Below, one piece after another: positions 18,458 through 28,716 of a DNA stretch of 64,000 nt (positions are counted from its first letter, which is position 1; every line of letters starts with the position of its first letter). The DNA is from an uncultured beta proteobacterium (lineage in GTDB: Bacteria > Pseudomonadota > Gammaproteobacteria > Burkholderiales > Burkholderiaceae_C), in the NCBI GenBank assembly GCA_963740395.1, contig CAVUEP010000013.1:7290-71289 (forward strand), read 5' to 3'. The notes beneath the pieces are model-generated. The model worked only from the letters and a program-made list of their open reading frames with translations, made no database searches and had not been told where the DNA came from. Position numbers and translations under genes: made by a program.

Positions 18458-19585
18458 CTATGCCGCAATGTAGGTGTACGCCGTGGGCAGCGGCTTGGTC
18501 TCGACGAGGCAGGCCGTCTCGGCCTCGAACGCGCCGCCGTCGCGCAGCGCGGCGATGAGCCGGTCCAGCTTGTCCGGCCCGATGCCCAGGTCGACGATCT
18601 CGCGCGCCGGGGAGACGGCGAACTCGGTGCCGCTCGGCGAAAAGAGCTTGGCCTTCGTGATCGTCGCGCCGCCGGCGCCGGCCCCCATCGCTGTGGCGAC
18701 GAGGCGATCGGCGCTGCCTTCATTGCAGTTCAGCGTGACATTGACCAAGCCGGTCAGCCAGCGCCTCTGCTGTCGCGGCGCTGCGGCGGCGGCGCCGGCG
18801 CGTTGCCGCCATTCGGTGCCCGCCTTCAACTCGTCGATGGCCGCGATGAGCTGGTCCATCGTCGCACTGTGGCGCTGCCGGCCGCGGAATGACTTCGGGT
18901 TGGCCACACCGGCGCTGACCGGGTAGGCGCCGATGAAGCCGCGGCCCGGCAGGTCGAGCCGGCCCGCGTCGATGAGGCTGTCCAGGGTCGTCGCGGTTTC
19001 GTGCGGCTCGACGAGCAGCGAGACGATCTCCTTCTCGGCGGGGATCGCGATGCGCAACAACCCGAGCCGGTCGCGCACGCCGGTGCCGACACCGAAGTTG
19101 ATCGACGGCACGTTCGATCCCGACTCGATCGCGCTGCGGGCCACGCCGTTGCCGTAGTCGCGCTGGACGACGCAGTTGATCAGGGTCAGGGGCGCGAGTC
19201 GCTCCCCCGCCTGTTGCGCGCCATCAGGAACGGTGAGGTGCGCGGCGCAGAAGTCGATGCCCGGCGGGTTGAGGATGTCGACCTCCTCGGCGTAGATCGA
19301 GCCACGCCCGGGCGTGAACAAGTCAAGCGCCCGGGCCCACGCCAGCAACGTGGCGCGGGCCTGCGCCCTGGGCAGGTAGACCTCGAAGACCTCGACCGGA
19401 TCCTCGTCCAGGCGCGTGGTCGGCGGCAGGAACGGCAGCACGGCGCGCTCGCTCAGCGCCACCACGCGGCGCGGGTGCACCTGCGCGAGATCGAAGTGCA
19501 GGCCCTCGAGCGCGGACTGGGCCTGGGCCGACAGGCTCTTGTCGACTTCGCACGTGATCCGGGCCGTCGGCGTCGTCATGGGCAT
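18458..19585 (-). CDS. Triple P-II-like (GlnB-fold) repeat protein, partner of the DUF1538 membrane protein
   Basis: 375 aa. Two segments fit the P-II-like pattern often seen next to DUF1538 genes. They are LINCVVQRDYGNGVARSAIESGS...EKEIVSLLVEP...GRGFIGAYPV and LNCNEGSADRLVATAMGAGAGGATIT...REIVDLGIGPDKLDRLIAAL. A third, weaker N-terminal repeat is present. This is by-eye inference only. Confidence 0.45.
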   Translation of the reverse strand: MPMTTPTARITCEVDKSLSAQAQSALEGLHFDLAQVHPRRVVALSERAVLPFLPPTTRLDEDPVEVFEVYLPRAQARATLLAWARALDLFTPGRGSIYAEEVDILNPPGIDFCAAHLTVPDGAQQAGERLAPLTLINCVVQRDYGNGVARSAIESGSNVPSINFGVGTGVRDRLGLLRIAIPAEKEIVSLLVEPHETATTLDSLIDAGRLDLPGRGFIGAYPVSAGVANPKSFRGRQRHSATMDQLIAAIDELKAGTEWRQRAGAAAAAPRQQRRWLTGLVNVTLNCNEGSADRLVATAMGAGAGGATITKAKLFSPSGTEFAVSPAREIVDLGIGPDKLDRLIAALRDGGAFEAETACLVETKPLPTAYTYIAA

Positions 19586-19656
19586 GGCTGCAGGGTTCCT
19601 GGCTGGCTGCGCGAATCACGAAGTCGGGAATGGGGACGACGCATGGCCTGCTCTCG

Positions 19657-21747
19657 TCATGCCGGTGCCGCGTCATGCGCCAGCGCGGCCCGCCGACGCC
19701 GGGTCACCCACAGGCTGACGCCGAGCACGGTGACGATCGGGTACACGGAGGCCATCGCCAGGATGCCGAAGCCCTCGACGACGCCCACCTGGCCGCCGAT
19801 ACCCAGGCCCATGGCCAGCACCAGCGGCACCGTGATCGGCCCGGTCGTCACGCCGGCGCTGTCCCAGCCGATGTTGACGAACTCCTCGCTCGAGACATGG
19901 GTCAGGTACAGCAGCAGCAGGTACGGCGGCGCCAGCAGCCAGATCAGCGGAATGCCCCAGACGATCTTGGCCACGCCGAACAACATGCCCAGTCCGACGC
20001 CCAGGGCCACGGCCTGCATCAGCAGCGACTTCCTGAAGGTGCCGACCGTGAGCTCCTCGACGGTGCGGCCCAGGGCGTTGAGCGCCGGCTCGGCCAGCGT
20101 GGCGCCGTACCCCATGACGAAGGCGAACAGCAGCACGACGATGATCCCGGCCAGTTGCCCCGGGCGCCCGAACAGCGGGCCCTTCTGCGGCGTGAAGGTG
20201 TAGGTGCGCGTGCTGGCGTCGAAGTTGGCCTCGTCGAACGGCAGGGCCACGTAATCGGCACCCTGCTTGAAGTGGAAGAACTTCGCCTCGGTCCCGTCCG
20301 CGGCAACCGATGTGCGCGCAACTTCCGGGTTGAAGTTGCGGATGACCTGGCGCTGGTCGGTGAGCTCGATCGACTTGAATGCCACCGGCAGCTTCTCGCC
20401 GACCTGGCCGCCGAGCCGCGACAGGCCGAGCTCGATGCCCATGCTGAAGATGGCCATGCCGATGACGGCGAAGCCAACGCCGAGCAGCAACTCGCTGAGG
20501 CGGGCCACGCGCTCGCGCAGGAGCAGCCACAGCACGAGGAAGAACAGGATCGTCAGCGGAATGATCGCCTGCAGCGCCGCGACCACGTTCCGCGCCGTGA
20601 TCTCGACGAGATTCATCGGTTCGCTGGCGGCGCCGACCGCGACCGCCGTCTGTGCGTCGCCTGCCGCCAACCGGCCCTGGAACGCGGTCATCGCCTCGCG
20701 GTTGCCGCCAAAGTAGGCCAGTTGACCCGTGGGGCCGGCCTGCTGCATCGCGTAGCTGGCCAGCTGGGCCTCGGACTCGAACAGCGCCACCGCCTTGGCG
20801 CGGTTCTGCGGCCCGAGGAACTCGGCCTCGTTCATCGGCTTGGGCACGCTGGACAGGAACAGCAGCCCCAAGCCGAGCACGAAGACGATCGGAAAGGCCG
20901 AGGCCAGGGTCACGACGCCAAAGCCGCCGCCGCCCGATTCGCCTTCCCGCGCGACCACGCGGCACACCCCGATACCCAGTGCGAGCACCAGCGGCACCGT
21001 CACCGGGCCGGTGGTCACGCCGCCGCAGTCCCATGCCAGCCCGGTCAGGAAGATCATGTTGGGCTCGAAGGCGCTCCAGATCGACAGGCCGAGCAACAGC
21101 GGGATCAGGATGTAGATGAAGGGTTTGAGCGACCAGCCGAACAGGAACCTGAGCATGCCGAAGACGACGGCGATGCCCACGCCCATGCCGATGGCGTAGA
21201 CGAGGTAGTCGGAGTGCCGATTGAGCAGCAGGAACAGCAGCGGCGCGTCCCAGGCCTTGACGGTCGAGCCCGCGACCTTGAGCACACCCACCGCCGGCTC
21301 GGCGAAGGTCGCACCGACGCCCAGGATGAAGGCGAACAGGAGGATGGTCGGCAGGCGCGACTTCTGCGGCAGCCGGATGCCGATCAGTTCCCCGAGCGGC
21401 ATCAGACCCAGCAGCAGCCCTTCCATGAAGAAGGTCAGGCCGACGACGACGAGCACGACGCCGACGGCGATCACGGCCGCACCGAAGATCGGGATCTCGA
21501 GCAGCAGCGTCTGGAAGGCGATCAGGTACAGCACGATCAGCCACACCGCCTTGACCTGCTCGGTCAGCCGCTTGCGCAGATAGGGCCCGAGGATGCCGAG
21601 CACCTGCCGCAGCGGCAGCTTTACCTTTGCCGGCGCGTGGCTGGCCGCTGTTTCCACGTCGGTCCCCTCCTCAGTGTCTGCCGCAGGCGCAGCCCCGTCT
21701 TCGAGATGCGCGGGCGAGTGCGGGCGATTCTCGCAGAGCGCAGGCAC
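19657..21747 (-). CDS. Membrane protein with two fused DUF1538 domains
   Basis: 696 aa and polytopic. The signature is duplicated as GLAWDCGGVTTGPVTVPLVLALGIG and NIGWDSAGVTTGPITVPLVLAMGLG. Confidence 0.7.
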   Translation of the reverse strand: MPALCENRPHSPAHLEDGAAPAADTEEGTDVETAASHAPAKVKLPLRQVLGILGPYLRKRLTEQVKAVWLIVLYLIAFQTLLLEIPIFGAAVIAVGVVLVVVGLTFFMEGLLLGLMPLGELIGIRLPQKSRLPTILLFAFILGVGATFAEPAVGVLKVAGSTVKAWDAPLLFLLLNRHSDYLVYAIGMGVGIAVVFGMLRFLFGWSLKPFIYILIPLLLGLSIWSAFEPNMIFLTGLAWDCGGVTTGPVTVPLVLALGIGVCRVVAREGESGGGGFGVVTLASAFPIVFVLGLGLLFLSSVPKPMNEAEFLGPQNRAKAVALFESEAQLASYAMQQAGPTGQLAYFGGNREAMTAFQGRLAAGDAQTAVAVGAASEPMNLVEITARNVVAALQAIIPLTILFFLVLWLLLRERVARLSELLLGVGFAVIGMAIFSMGIELGLSRLGGQVGEKLPVAFKSIELTDQRQVIRNFNPEVARTSVAADGTEAKFFHFKQGADYVALPFDEANFDASTRTYTFTPQKGPLFGRPGQLAGIIVVLLFAFVMGYGATLAEPALNALGRTVEELTVGTFRKSLLMQAVALGVGLGMLFGVAKIVWGIPLIWLLAPPYLLLLYLTHVSSEEFVNIGWDSAGVTTGPITVPLVLAMGLGIGGQVGVVEGFGILAMASVYPIVTVLGVSLWVTRRRRAALAHDAAPA

Positions 21748-21824
21748 GCCGCGATGCCATCTTCGCTCGGTTGCCGAACGGGGGTGCGCCTATAGTCGTT
21801 GCCAGCCTGTCTGGAGTCTGATGC

Positions 21825-22721
21825 ATGCTCGATCAGGAGACCGACGACCGAGTCCGCGCGTTGCCGTGCTGGTCTGGCAATGTCGAGTTGTCGCTGCTGG
21901 GCGGGGGCATGACCAACCGCAACGTCCTCGTTGCCGACGCGCGCGGTCAGCGTTTCGTGGTGCGCCTCGGGCGCGACATTCCGGCGCATGGCGTGCTGCG
22001 CTTCAATGAGCTGGCGGCGGCGCGCGCCGCACATGCGGTGGGCATTTCGCCCGAAGTGGTCTTGGCTGACGAAGGTTTGATGGTCAGCCGCTTCCTCGAG
22101 GGCCGGACCCTGACGCCCGAGGACGTGCGCGATCCGCGCACGCTCGCGCGGATCATCGACCTGGTTCGGCGCTGCCACCACGACATCCCGCGCCACCTGC
22201 AGCAGGGTCCCGCGATCCTGTTCTGGGTCTTCCACGTCATCCGCCACTACCTGCGGCTGCTGCGCGAACACGCGTCGAACCCCTTCGATGTCGAACTCGA
22301 CGCCCTCGCCGCGAAGAGTGAAGCACTGGAGGCGGCGCTCGGCCCGGTGACGATCGTGTTCGGCCACAACGACCTGCTCGCCGCCAACCTGATCGACGAC
22401 GGCAAGCGGCTGTGGCTGATCGACTGGGACTACGCCGGGTTCAACACCCCGCTGTTCGATCTGGCCAACCTGGCGTCGAACAACGAACTCACGCCCGAGC
22501 TCGAAGACGCCTTGCTCCACGGCTACTTCAACGGTCGCGTCAGTGCCGAACTTCGCCGCGGCTACACGGCAATGAAGTGCGCCTCATTGCTGCGCGAGGC
22601 GCTGTGGGGCGCGGTCTCGCAATTCAGCTCGGACATCGACTTCGAATATGCAGCCTACGCCCGCAACCACCTCGCGCGCTTCGATCGCCTGTGGTCAACG
22701 TCCGAGGCCGGCACGGGCTGA
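21825..22721 (+). CDS. Choline/ethanolamine kinase-like phosphotransferase (APH/ChoK fold)
   Basis: GGGMTNRNVLV is present, with the catalytic region FGHNDLLAANLIDDGKRLWLIDWDYAGFN. Confidence 0.65.
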   Translation: MLDQETDDRVRALPCWSGNVELSLLGGGMTNRNVLVADARGQRFVVRLGRDIPAHGVLRFNELAAARAAHAVGISPEVVLADEGLMVSRFLEGRTLTPEDVRDPRTLARIIDLVRRCHHDIPRHLQQGPAILFWVFHVIRHYLRLLREHASNPFDVELDALAAKSEALEAALGPVTIVFGHNDLLAANLIDDGKRLWLIDWDYAGFNTPLFDLANLASNNELTPELEDALLHGYFNGRVSAELRRGYTAMKCASLLREALWGAVSQFSSDIDFEYAAYARNHLARFDRLWSTSEAGTG

Positions 22722-22975
22722 TTCTTCACCACCGCGGCTGCAGGGAGTGGTGGCTGCGAGCGTTTCCAGTCCTTGATGCACGTCGCGTCGAGCGACAACC
22801 CTGAGTGTCAGACACGGGCCGCGGCCGATAATCGTTCACTTCACATTGGAGCGACCGATCTGTCCAACCGACGTCGAAGTCGAACAAGAACAGAAGAATG
22901 TCGGGTTTGCCCCGATGAAGTGCCGGTGCAAGGCACATTGCAATCCAAACTTCCTTTCAATCGCCGGAGTCCCGC

Positions 22976-24172
22976 ATGCATCCTCGTCTTCTGATCCCCG
23001 CCGTCGTCGCCCTGGCGGCCGTTCTGGCCGTGCCGCTGGCCGGCGCCCAGAGCAAGGAAATCCGCATCGCCCATGTGCACAGCCTGACCGGGCCGCTCGA
23101 AGCCTACGGCAAGCAGACCACCATCGGCTTCATGCTGGGTCTGGACTACGCCACCGGCGGCACCATGATGGTGGCGGGCAAGAAGCTGGTCGTGATCGAG
23201 AAGGACGACCAGGGCAAGCCCGATGTGGGCAAGAGCCTGCTGGCTGCCGCCTATGCCGACGACAAGGCCGACATCGCGGTCGGCCCCACCAGCAGCGGCG
23301 TTGCGCTGGCCATGCTGCCGGTGGCCGAGGAGTACAAGAAGATCCTCGTCGTCGAACCGGCGGTGGCCGACAGCATCACCGGCGACAAGTGGAACAAGTA
23401 CATCTTTCGCACCGGCCGCAATTCCACCCAGGACGCGCTGAGCAATGCCGTCGCCGCCGACGCCGACGGCGTCTCGATCGTCACGCTGGCGCAGGACTAC
23501 GCCTTCGGCCGCGACGGCGTCAAGGCCTTCAAGGAGGTGCTGAAGAAGTCCAAGGTCGTGCACGAGGAGTACCTGCCGCAGGCCACGACCGACTTCACGG
23601 CCGGCATCCAGCGCGCGATCGACGCGCTCAAGGACAGGCCGGGGCGCAAGTTCATCGCCGTCATCTGGGCCGGCGGCACGTCGCCCTTCAACGCGCTGGC
23701 CGCCGCCGACCTGGACAAGCGCTTTGGCATCAAGGTCAGCAGCGGCGGCAACATCCTGCCGGCGATGGTGGCCTACAAGCAGTTCCCGGGCCTGGAAGGC
23801 TCCATCTACTATTACTTCGGCATCCCGCAGAACCCGGTCAACTCGTGGCTGGTGGCCAGCCACTACAGCAAGTACAAGGCGCCGCCCGACTTCTTCACCG
23901 CCGGCGGCATGAGCGCGGCCATCGCGGTCGTCGAGGCGCTGAAGAAGACCAAGGGCGACACCGGCACCAACAAGCTCATCAGCGCCATGGAGGGCATGAG
24001 CTTCGAAACGCCCAAGGGCAAGATGACCTTCCGCAAGGAAGACCATCAGGCGATGCAGTCGATGTACCACTTCCGGATCAAGGTCGACCCCGCGTTTGCC
24101 TGGGGCGTGCCCGAACTGGTGCGCGAGATCAAGCCTGAAGACATGCAGGTGCCGATCAGAAACAAGCGCTGA
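22976..24172 (+). CDS. ABC transporter periplasmic substrate-binding protein (Liv/HAAT family type)
   Basis: The signal peptide is MHPRLLIPAVVALAAVLAVPLAGAQS. This is a 398-aa type I periplasmic binding fold, followed by two ATPase and two permease genes. Confidence 0.8.
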   Translation: MHPRLLIPAVVALAAVLAVPLAGAQSKEIRIAHVHSLTGPLEAYGKQTTIGFMLGLDYATGGTMMVAGKKLVVIEKDDQGKPDVGKSLLAAAYADDKADIAVGPTSSGVALAMLPVAEEYKKILVVEPAVADSITGDKWNKYIFRTGRNSTQDALSNAVAADADGVSIVTLAQDYAFGRDGVKAFKEVLKKSKVVHEEYLPQATTDFTAGIQRAIDALKDRPGRKFIAVIWAGGTSPFNALAAADLDKRFGIKVSSGGNILPAMVAYKQFPGLEGSIYYYFGIPQNPVNSWLVASHYSKYKAPPDFFTAGGMSAAIAVVEALKKTKGDTGTNKLISAMEGMSFETPKGKMTFRKEDHQAMQSMYHFRIKVDPAFAWGVPELVREIKPEDMQVPIRNKR

Positions 24173-24179
24173 TCGCACC

Positions 24180-24938
24180 TTGCTCGAGACCCGCGACCTC
24201 ACGGTCCGCTTCGGCGGGCACGTGGCGGTGGACCATGTGTCATGCCGCTTTGAAGCCGGCACCCTGACCTCCATCGTCGGCCCCAACGGCGCGGGCAAGA
24301 CGACCTACTTCAACCTCATCTCGGGCCAGCTGCCGGCCAGCGAGGGCCAGGTGTTGTTGGCCGGCGAGGACATCGGCTCGCTGCCGGCGCCGCTGCGCAC
24401 GCGCAAGGGCATGGGCCGCGCGTTCCAGTTGACCCAGCTGTTCCCGCGCCTGAGCGTGCAGGAGAACGTGCGCCTGGCGGTGCAGGCGCGCCACCGCGGC
24501 GGGCTCGATCTGCTGCGCATCTGGCTCGACCATCGCGGCTGGATCGACGAAGCGGTGGCCATCCTCGAGCAGGTCCAACTCGGCGACAAGCTCGACGTCG
24601 TGGCCGCCGCGCTGCCGCACGGCGACCAGCGCAAGCTCGAAGTGGCCCTGCTGATGGCGCTCGACCCCAAGGTCTACATGTTCGACGAACCCACCGCCGG
24701 CATGAGCGGCGACGACGTGCCGGTGGTGCTGGACCTGATCCGCAAGCTCAAGCAGCGCAGCGACCGCGTCATCCTGCTCGTCGAGCACAAGATGGACGTG
24801 GTGCGCGAGCTCTCCGACCGCATCGTCGTGCTGCACAACGGCCGCCTCGTCGCCGACGGCGATCCGGCCGCGGTGATCGCCAGCCCGGCGGTGCAGAACG
24901 CCTACCTCGGCCTGGGCGTCGAAGAGGAATCGGCGTGA
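24180..24938 (+). CDS. ABC transporter ATP-binding protein (LivG-like)
   Basis: The TTG start lies 8 nt after the SBP stop. Walker A is GPNGAGKTT, the signature region is LPHGDQRKLE, and Walker B is VYMFDEPTAG. Confidence 0.85.
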   Translation: MLETRDLTVRFGGHVAVDHVSCRFEAGTLTSIVGPNGAGKTTYFNLISGQLPASEGQVLLAGEDIGSLPAPLRTRKGMGRAFQLTQLFPRLSVQENVRLAVQARHRGGLDLLRIWLDHRGWIDEAVAILEQVQLGDKLDVVAAALPHGDQRKLEVALLMALDPKVYMFDEPTAGMSGDDVPVVLDLIRKLKQRSDRVILLVEHKMDVVRELSDRIVVLHNGRLVADGDPAAVIASPAVQNAYLGLGVEEESA

Positions 24939-25669
24939 GCAACCTGCTGCAACTGCAGGGCGTGCACACGCACATCGGCGCGTACCACATCCTGCACGGC
25001 GTCGACCTCGACGTGCCCGAGGGCCAGGTGACGATGCTGCTGGGCCGCAATGGCGCCGGCAAGACGACGACGCTGCGCACCATCATGGGCCTGTGGCCGG
25101 CGTCGAGCGGCAGCGTGACGATCAGAGGCGAAGACCTCAAGGGCCAGTCCACGCCCGAGATCGCCCAACGCGGCGTGGCCTACGTGCCCGAGAGCATGGG
25201 CATCTTCGGCGACCTCACGGTGGCCGAGAACATGCTGCTGGCGGCGCGCGCGGCCTCGCGCGTCGAGACCATCGACCGCGCGCGGCTGGACTGGATCTTC
25301 GGCCTCTTTCCGGCGCTGCAGAAGTTCTGGCTCTACCCGGCCGGCAAGCTCAGCGGCGGCCAGAAGCAGATGCTGGCGGTGGCGCGCGCCATCGTCGAGC
25401 CGCGCGCGCTGCTGCTGATCGACGAACCCAGCAAGGGGCTGGCGCCGTCGATCGTGGCCAACCTGATCACGGCGCTGCGCGAACTCAAGGCGCAGCGCTG
25501 CACGATCCTGCTCGTCGAGCAGAACTTCGCCATGGCCAAGGCGCTGGGCGACCGGGTCGCCGTGATGGACGACGGCCGTGTCGTGCACGCCGGTGCGATG
25601 GCCGAGCTGGTCGAGGACGAGGCGCTGCAGCAGCGCCTGCTCGGCCTGTCGCTGGGGGCGCACGCATGA
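24935..25669 (+). CDS. ABC transporter ATP-binding protein (LivF-like)
   Basis: It shows GRNGAGKTT, LSGGQKQMLAVARA and LLLIDEPSKGL. The start overlaps the upstream stop. Confidence 0.85.
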   Translation: MSNLLQLQGVHTHIGAYHILHGVDLDVPEGQVTMLLGRNGAGKTTTLRTIMGLWPASSGSVTIRGEDLKGQSTPEIAQRGVAYVPESMGIFGDLTVAENMLLAARAASRVETIDRARLDWIFGLFPALQKFWLYPAGKLSGGQKQMLAVARAIVEPRALLLIDEPSKGLAPSIVANLITALRELKAQRCTILLVEQNFAMAKALGDRVAVMDDGRVVHAGAMAELVEDEALQQRLLGLSLGAHA

Positions 25670-26671
25670 AGGCCGCGGCGAACGCGATCCCGAAGGCGGC
25701 CTTCGACTGGATTCCGCTGCTGCTGCTGCTGGGGCTGGCCGGCATCGCGCTGCCGCTGGTCGGGTCGCCATCGACCTGGCTCACGCTCACGGTCGCCGGG
25801 CTGGCGATGGGCCTGATCGTCTTTGTCATCGCCTCGGGCCTGACGCTGGTGTTCGGGCTCATGGACGTGCTCAATTTCGGCCATGGCGTCTTCATCGCCT
25901 TCGGCGCCTTCGTCGCCACCAGCGTGATGGCCGGCATGGTGGACTGGACGGCGCACCGACTCGTTGGCGCTCAACCTGGGCGCCATCGGCCTGGCGATGT
26001 TGGCCGCGATGCTCGTTGCGGCGGCGCTGGGCTGGTTCTTCGAGCGTGTCATCGTGCGCCCGGTCTACGGCCAGCACCTCAAGCAGATCCTGATCACGAT
26101 GGGCGGCATGATCGTCGGCGAGGAGATCATCAAGGTCATCTGGGGTCCGCAGCAGATTGCGCTGCTGCTGCCGGCGATGTTGCGCGGGTCGTTCCTGATC
26201 GGCGACGCGGCGATCGAGAAGTACCGCGTGCTGGCGGTCGTGATCGGCCTGCTGGTCTTCGCGGCGCTGAGCTGGACGCTGGCGCGCACCAAGGTCGGCC
26301 TGCTGGTGCGCGCCGGCGTGCAGGACCGCGAGATGGTCGAAGCGCTGGGCTACCGCATCAGCCGCCTGTTCGTCGGCGTGTTCGTCGCCGGCTCGGCCCT
26401 GGCCGGCCTGGGCGGTGCGCTGTGGGGCCTGTACCAGCAGAGCGTGACGCCGCAGATCGGCAGCCACATCAACGTGCTGCTGTTCATCGTCATCATCATC
26501 GGCGGCCTCGGTTCGACCCTGGGCTGCTTCGTCGGCGCGCTGGCCATCGGGCTGCTCGCCAACTACACCGGCTTCCTGGCGCCCAAGCTGGCCCTGTTCT
26601 CGAACATCGCGCTGATGGCGGCCGTGCTGCTGTGGCGTCCGCGCGGCCTTTACCCCGTGACCAGCCGGTGA
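25666..26671 (+). pseudogene. LivH-like branched-chain-type ABC permease with one +1 frameshift near 25950-25958
   Basis: The N-terminal 95 aa (MKAAANAIPK...ATSVMAGMVDWT) lie in the frame of track ORF 25093..26682. The rest (LALNLGAIGLAML...LLWRPRGLYPV) lies in ORF 25964..26671. Total length is 1006 nt, which is 3n+1. The start overlaps the livF-like stop as ATGA. Confidence 0.7.
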
Positions 26672-26678
26672 CGTCGCG

Positions 26679-27751
26679 ATGAGCCGCCTCTTGTCGCACG
26701 ACGGGCCGCGCAGCCGCTGGCTGGCCGGCGCCTTGATCCTGCTCGTGCTGGCGCTGGCGCTGGCGCCGTTCGTGTTCCCCGGCGCCAAGGCGCTGGCGGT
26801 GGCGTCCAAGACTGCTGGTCTTCGTGCTGCTGGTGGCCAGCTTCGACCTGCTGCTGGGTTACACCGGCATCGTCAGCTTTGCGCACACGATGTTCTTCGG
26901 CGTCGGCGCCTACGGCGTGGCGATCGCCAGCACGCGGCTGGGCGAAGGCTGGGCCGCGGTCGGCCTCGGCGTGGTCGCCGCATTGCTGGTGTCGCTGGTG
27001 CTGTCGCTGCTCATCGGCCTGTTCAGCCTGCGCGTCAAGGCCATCTTCTTCGCCATGATCACGCTCGCCGTGGCCAGCGCGTTCCAGACCGGCGTCTCGC
27101 AGCTCAGCGACTTCACGGGCGGCGAGGACGGCCTGAGCTTCAAGAACCCCGAATGGCTGAGCCCTTCCTTCGAGCCTTTCGAGAGCGAGATCTTCGGCGT
27201 GCATGATCGACGGCAAGCTGATCGCCTACTGGCTGATCTTCGTCGTCGTCGTGCTGTGTTTCCTGCTGCTGCTGCGCATCGTCAATTCGCCCTTCGGCCG
27301 CGTGCTGCAGGCGATTCGCGAGAACGACTTCCGCGCCGAGGCCATCGGCTACCGCACCGTGGTCTACCGCACGCTGGCCAGCGTGCTGTCGGCGCTGTTC
27401 GCCACCGTCGCCGGTGCGCTGCTGGCGCTGTCGCTGCGCTATGTCGGGCCCGATACCGCGCTGTCCTTCGAGATCATGCTCGACGTGCTGCTGATCGTCG
27501 TCATCGGCGGCATGGGCACGCTGTACGGCGCAGCAATCGGTGCGGCGCTGTTCGTGCTGGCGCAGAACTACCTGCAGGACCTGCTCAAGGTCGCGGCCGG
27601 TATCTTCGAAGGGGTGCCGTTGCTCGGTGCCATCCTGACGCCCGAGCGTTGGCTGCTCTGGCTGGGGGTGCTGTTCGTGCTCTCCGTCTACCACTTCCCC
27701 AGCGGCATCGTCGGCCGCCTGCGCGCGCGTCGCGACAAGGGCTCGACATGA
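26679..27751 (+). pseudogene. LivM-like ABC permease split by two +1 frameshifts, near 26811 and 27202
   Basis: There are three consecutive frame segments. The first is MSRLLSHDG...AVASK. The second is LLVFVLLVASFDLLLGYTGIVSFAH...SEIFGV. The third is MIDGKLIAYWLIF...GIVGRLRARRD. Total length is 1073 nt, which is 3n+2. Confidence 0.7.
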
Positions 27752-27880
27752 ATGGGCCGCGCTCGCGTGGCCGCGTCTGCAATAGCCGCAAGACCGCGCT
27801 GCGCCAACCGCGGCCAGCGTGTCGCCCGGGCACAGCATTCCGCACTACCGATTCAGGATCATTTAACAGAGGAGAATGAC

Positions 27881-28432
27881 ATGCGCAGCACCGCTCTGAA
27901 AACGCTCGCCACTCTTGGCCCGCTCGCCGCAGCCGGTCTACTTTCCTGCGGCGCACTTGCCGCCGACATGAATAAGGCCGTGCTGACACCGCCGGCTGCC
28001 TTCGGGACGCCAAGCACCGCGCAACCTGGTTTCACGCCACCCGCCGCGTTGACGCCGCCCGCCGCTAAGACCGCGCCCAGTCCAAGCGTCACGCCAACAC
28101 AAGGTCCGCAGCCACTACGCCCCAGTCTCAATGCGCAGGACAAGGCGCAACAGGTGGGTATCGACAAGTCTTATGCGGTCAACATCCGTGTTCTCGAACA
28201 ACGGGTGAGCGATCTGGAACAGAAGTTGGAGAAACTTCAACGGTCGGCTACGACGCAGACCGCACATACGCACTCGTACCGAGCTCCGATGTGCCAGACG
28301 TTTGTTACCCTGCCCAACCTGCAGACGGCACTCGGCGATACCGGCCGCTACCCGTCCGGAACTGGCGTCTGTTTGAATCGCTTCTCCACGGCGGGCGTTC
28401 CCGATGCTCAGACGTCTGTACCGGGAAAGTAG
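27881..28432 (+). CDS. Secreted or lipo-protein of unknown function with Pro/Ala-rich and coiled-coil segments
   Basis: The ATG is preceded by GAGGAG. The signal reads MRSTALKTLATLGPLAAAGLLSCGALA. A coiled-coil-like stretch reads RVLEQRVSDLEQKLEKLQ. Confidence 0.45.
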   Translation: MRSTALKTLATLGPLAAAGLLSCGALAADMNKAVLTPPAAFGTPSTAQPGFTPPAALTPPAAKTAPSPSVTPTQGPQPLRPSLNAQDKAQQVGIDKSYAVNIRVLEQRVSDLEQKLEKLQRSATTQTAHTHSYRAPMCQTFVTLPNLQTALGDTGRYPSGTGVCLNRFSTAGVPDAQTSVPGK

Positions 28433-28523
28433 GGCCTGATCGGACCGGGTAGGCCCGGACGATCGGGCGTCATCGCGCGCAGGAGGGTCTGCCGCGCAAT
28501 GTCTTGCACGCGACGCTCCCGCG

Positions 28524-28594
28524 GAGACTGGCGGGCCAGCCACGACGCTCAATGAATGTCCCTCGAACCGATCGCCAGGTTGCCCAGCCACGGC
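28524..28594 (-). repeat. Orphan copy of the dnaE2 3' end plus downstream sequence; direct repeat of 36597..36658
   Basis: 28549..28594 versus 36613..36658 gives 41 of 46 identical positions by hand alignment, including the TGA stop. In the dnaE2 frame it encodes PWLGNLAIGSRDIH*, compared with the intact PWLGSLATSSRDFH*. A shared gagactgg lies just beyond the stop in both copies. Confidence 0.6.
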
Positions 28595-28716
28595 CAACAG
28601 GCGCGTGCAAAGCAGTTGGGCTGTCTGGTGCTCGCCATGGGCCCCCTTCATGCCGACGCCTCCCACGCGCTGGCCGGGGGCAGTGCTCGTTGTTGAAGCC
28701 TTACCATGCCTCAGAC

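Noticed and set aside
19630-21795. A 721-aa plus-strand ORF, representative of many long antisense or alternative-frame ORFs. Others include 16231..18237, 45247..47355, 53710..55761, 57225..59258 and 60601..62541.
   Set aside because: These lie antisense to well-supported genes (DUF1538, ferritin-like, ABC exporter, Trx/TPR, fadH, gyrB). Their translations are Arg/Ala/Gly/Pro/His-rich low-complexity sequence, typical of non-coding frames in 70% GC DNA.
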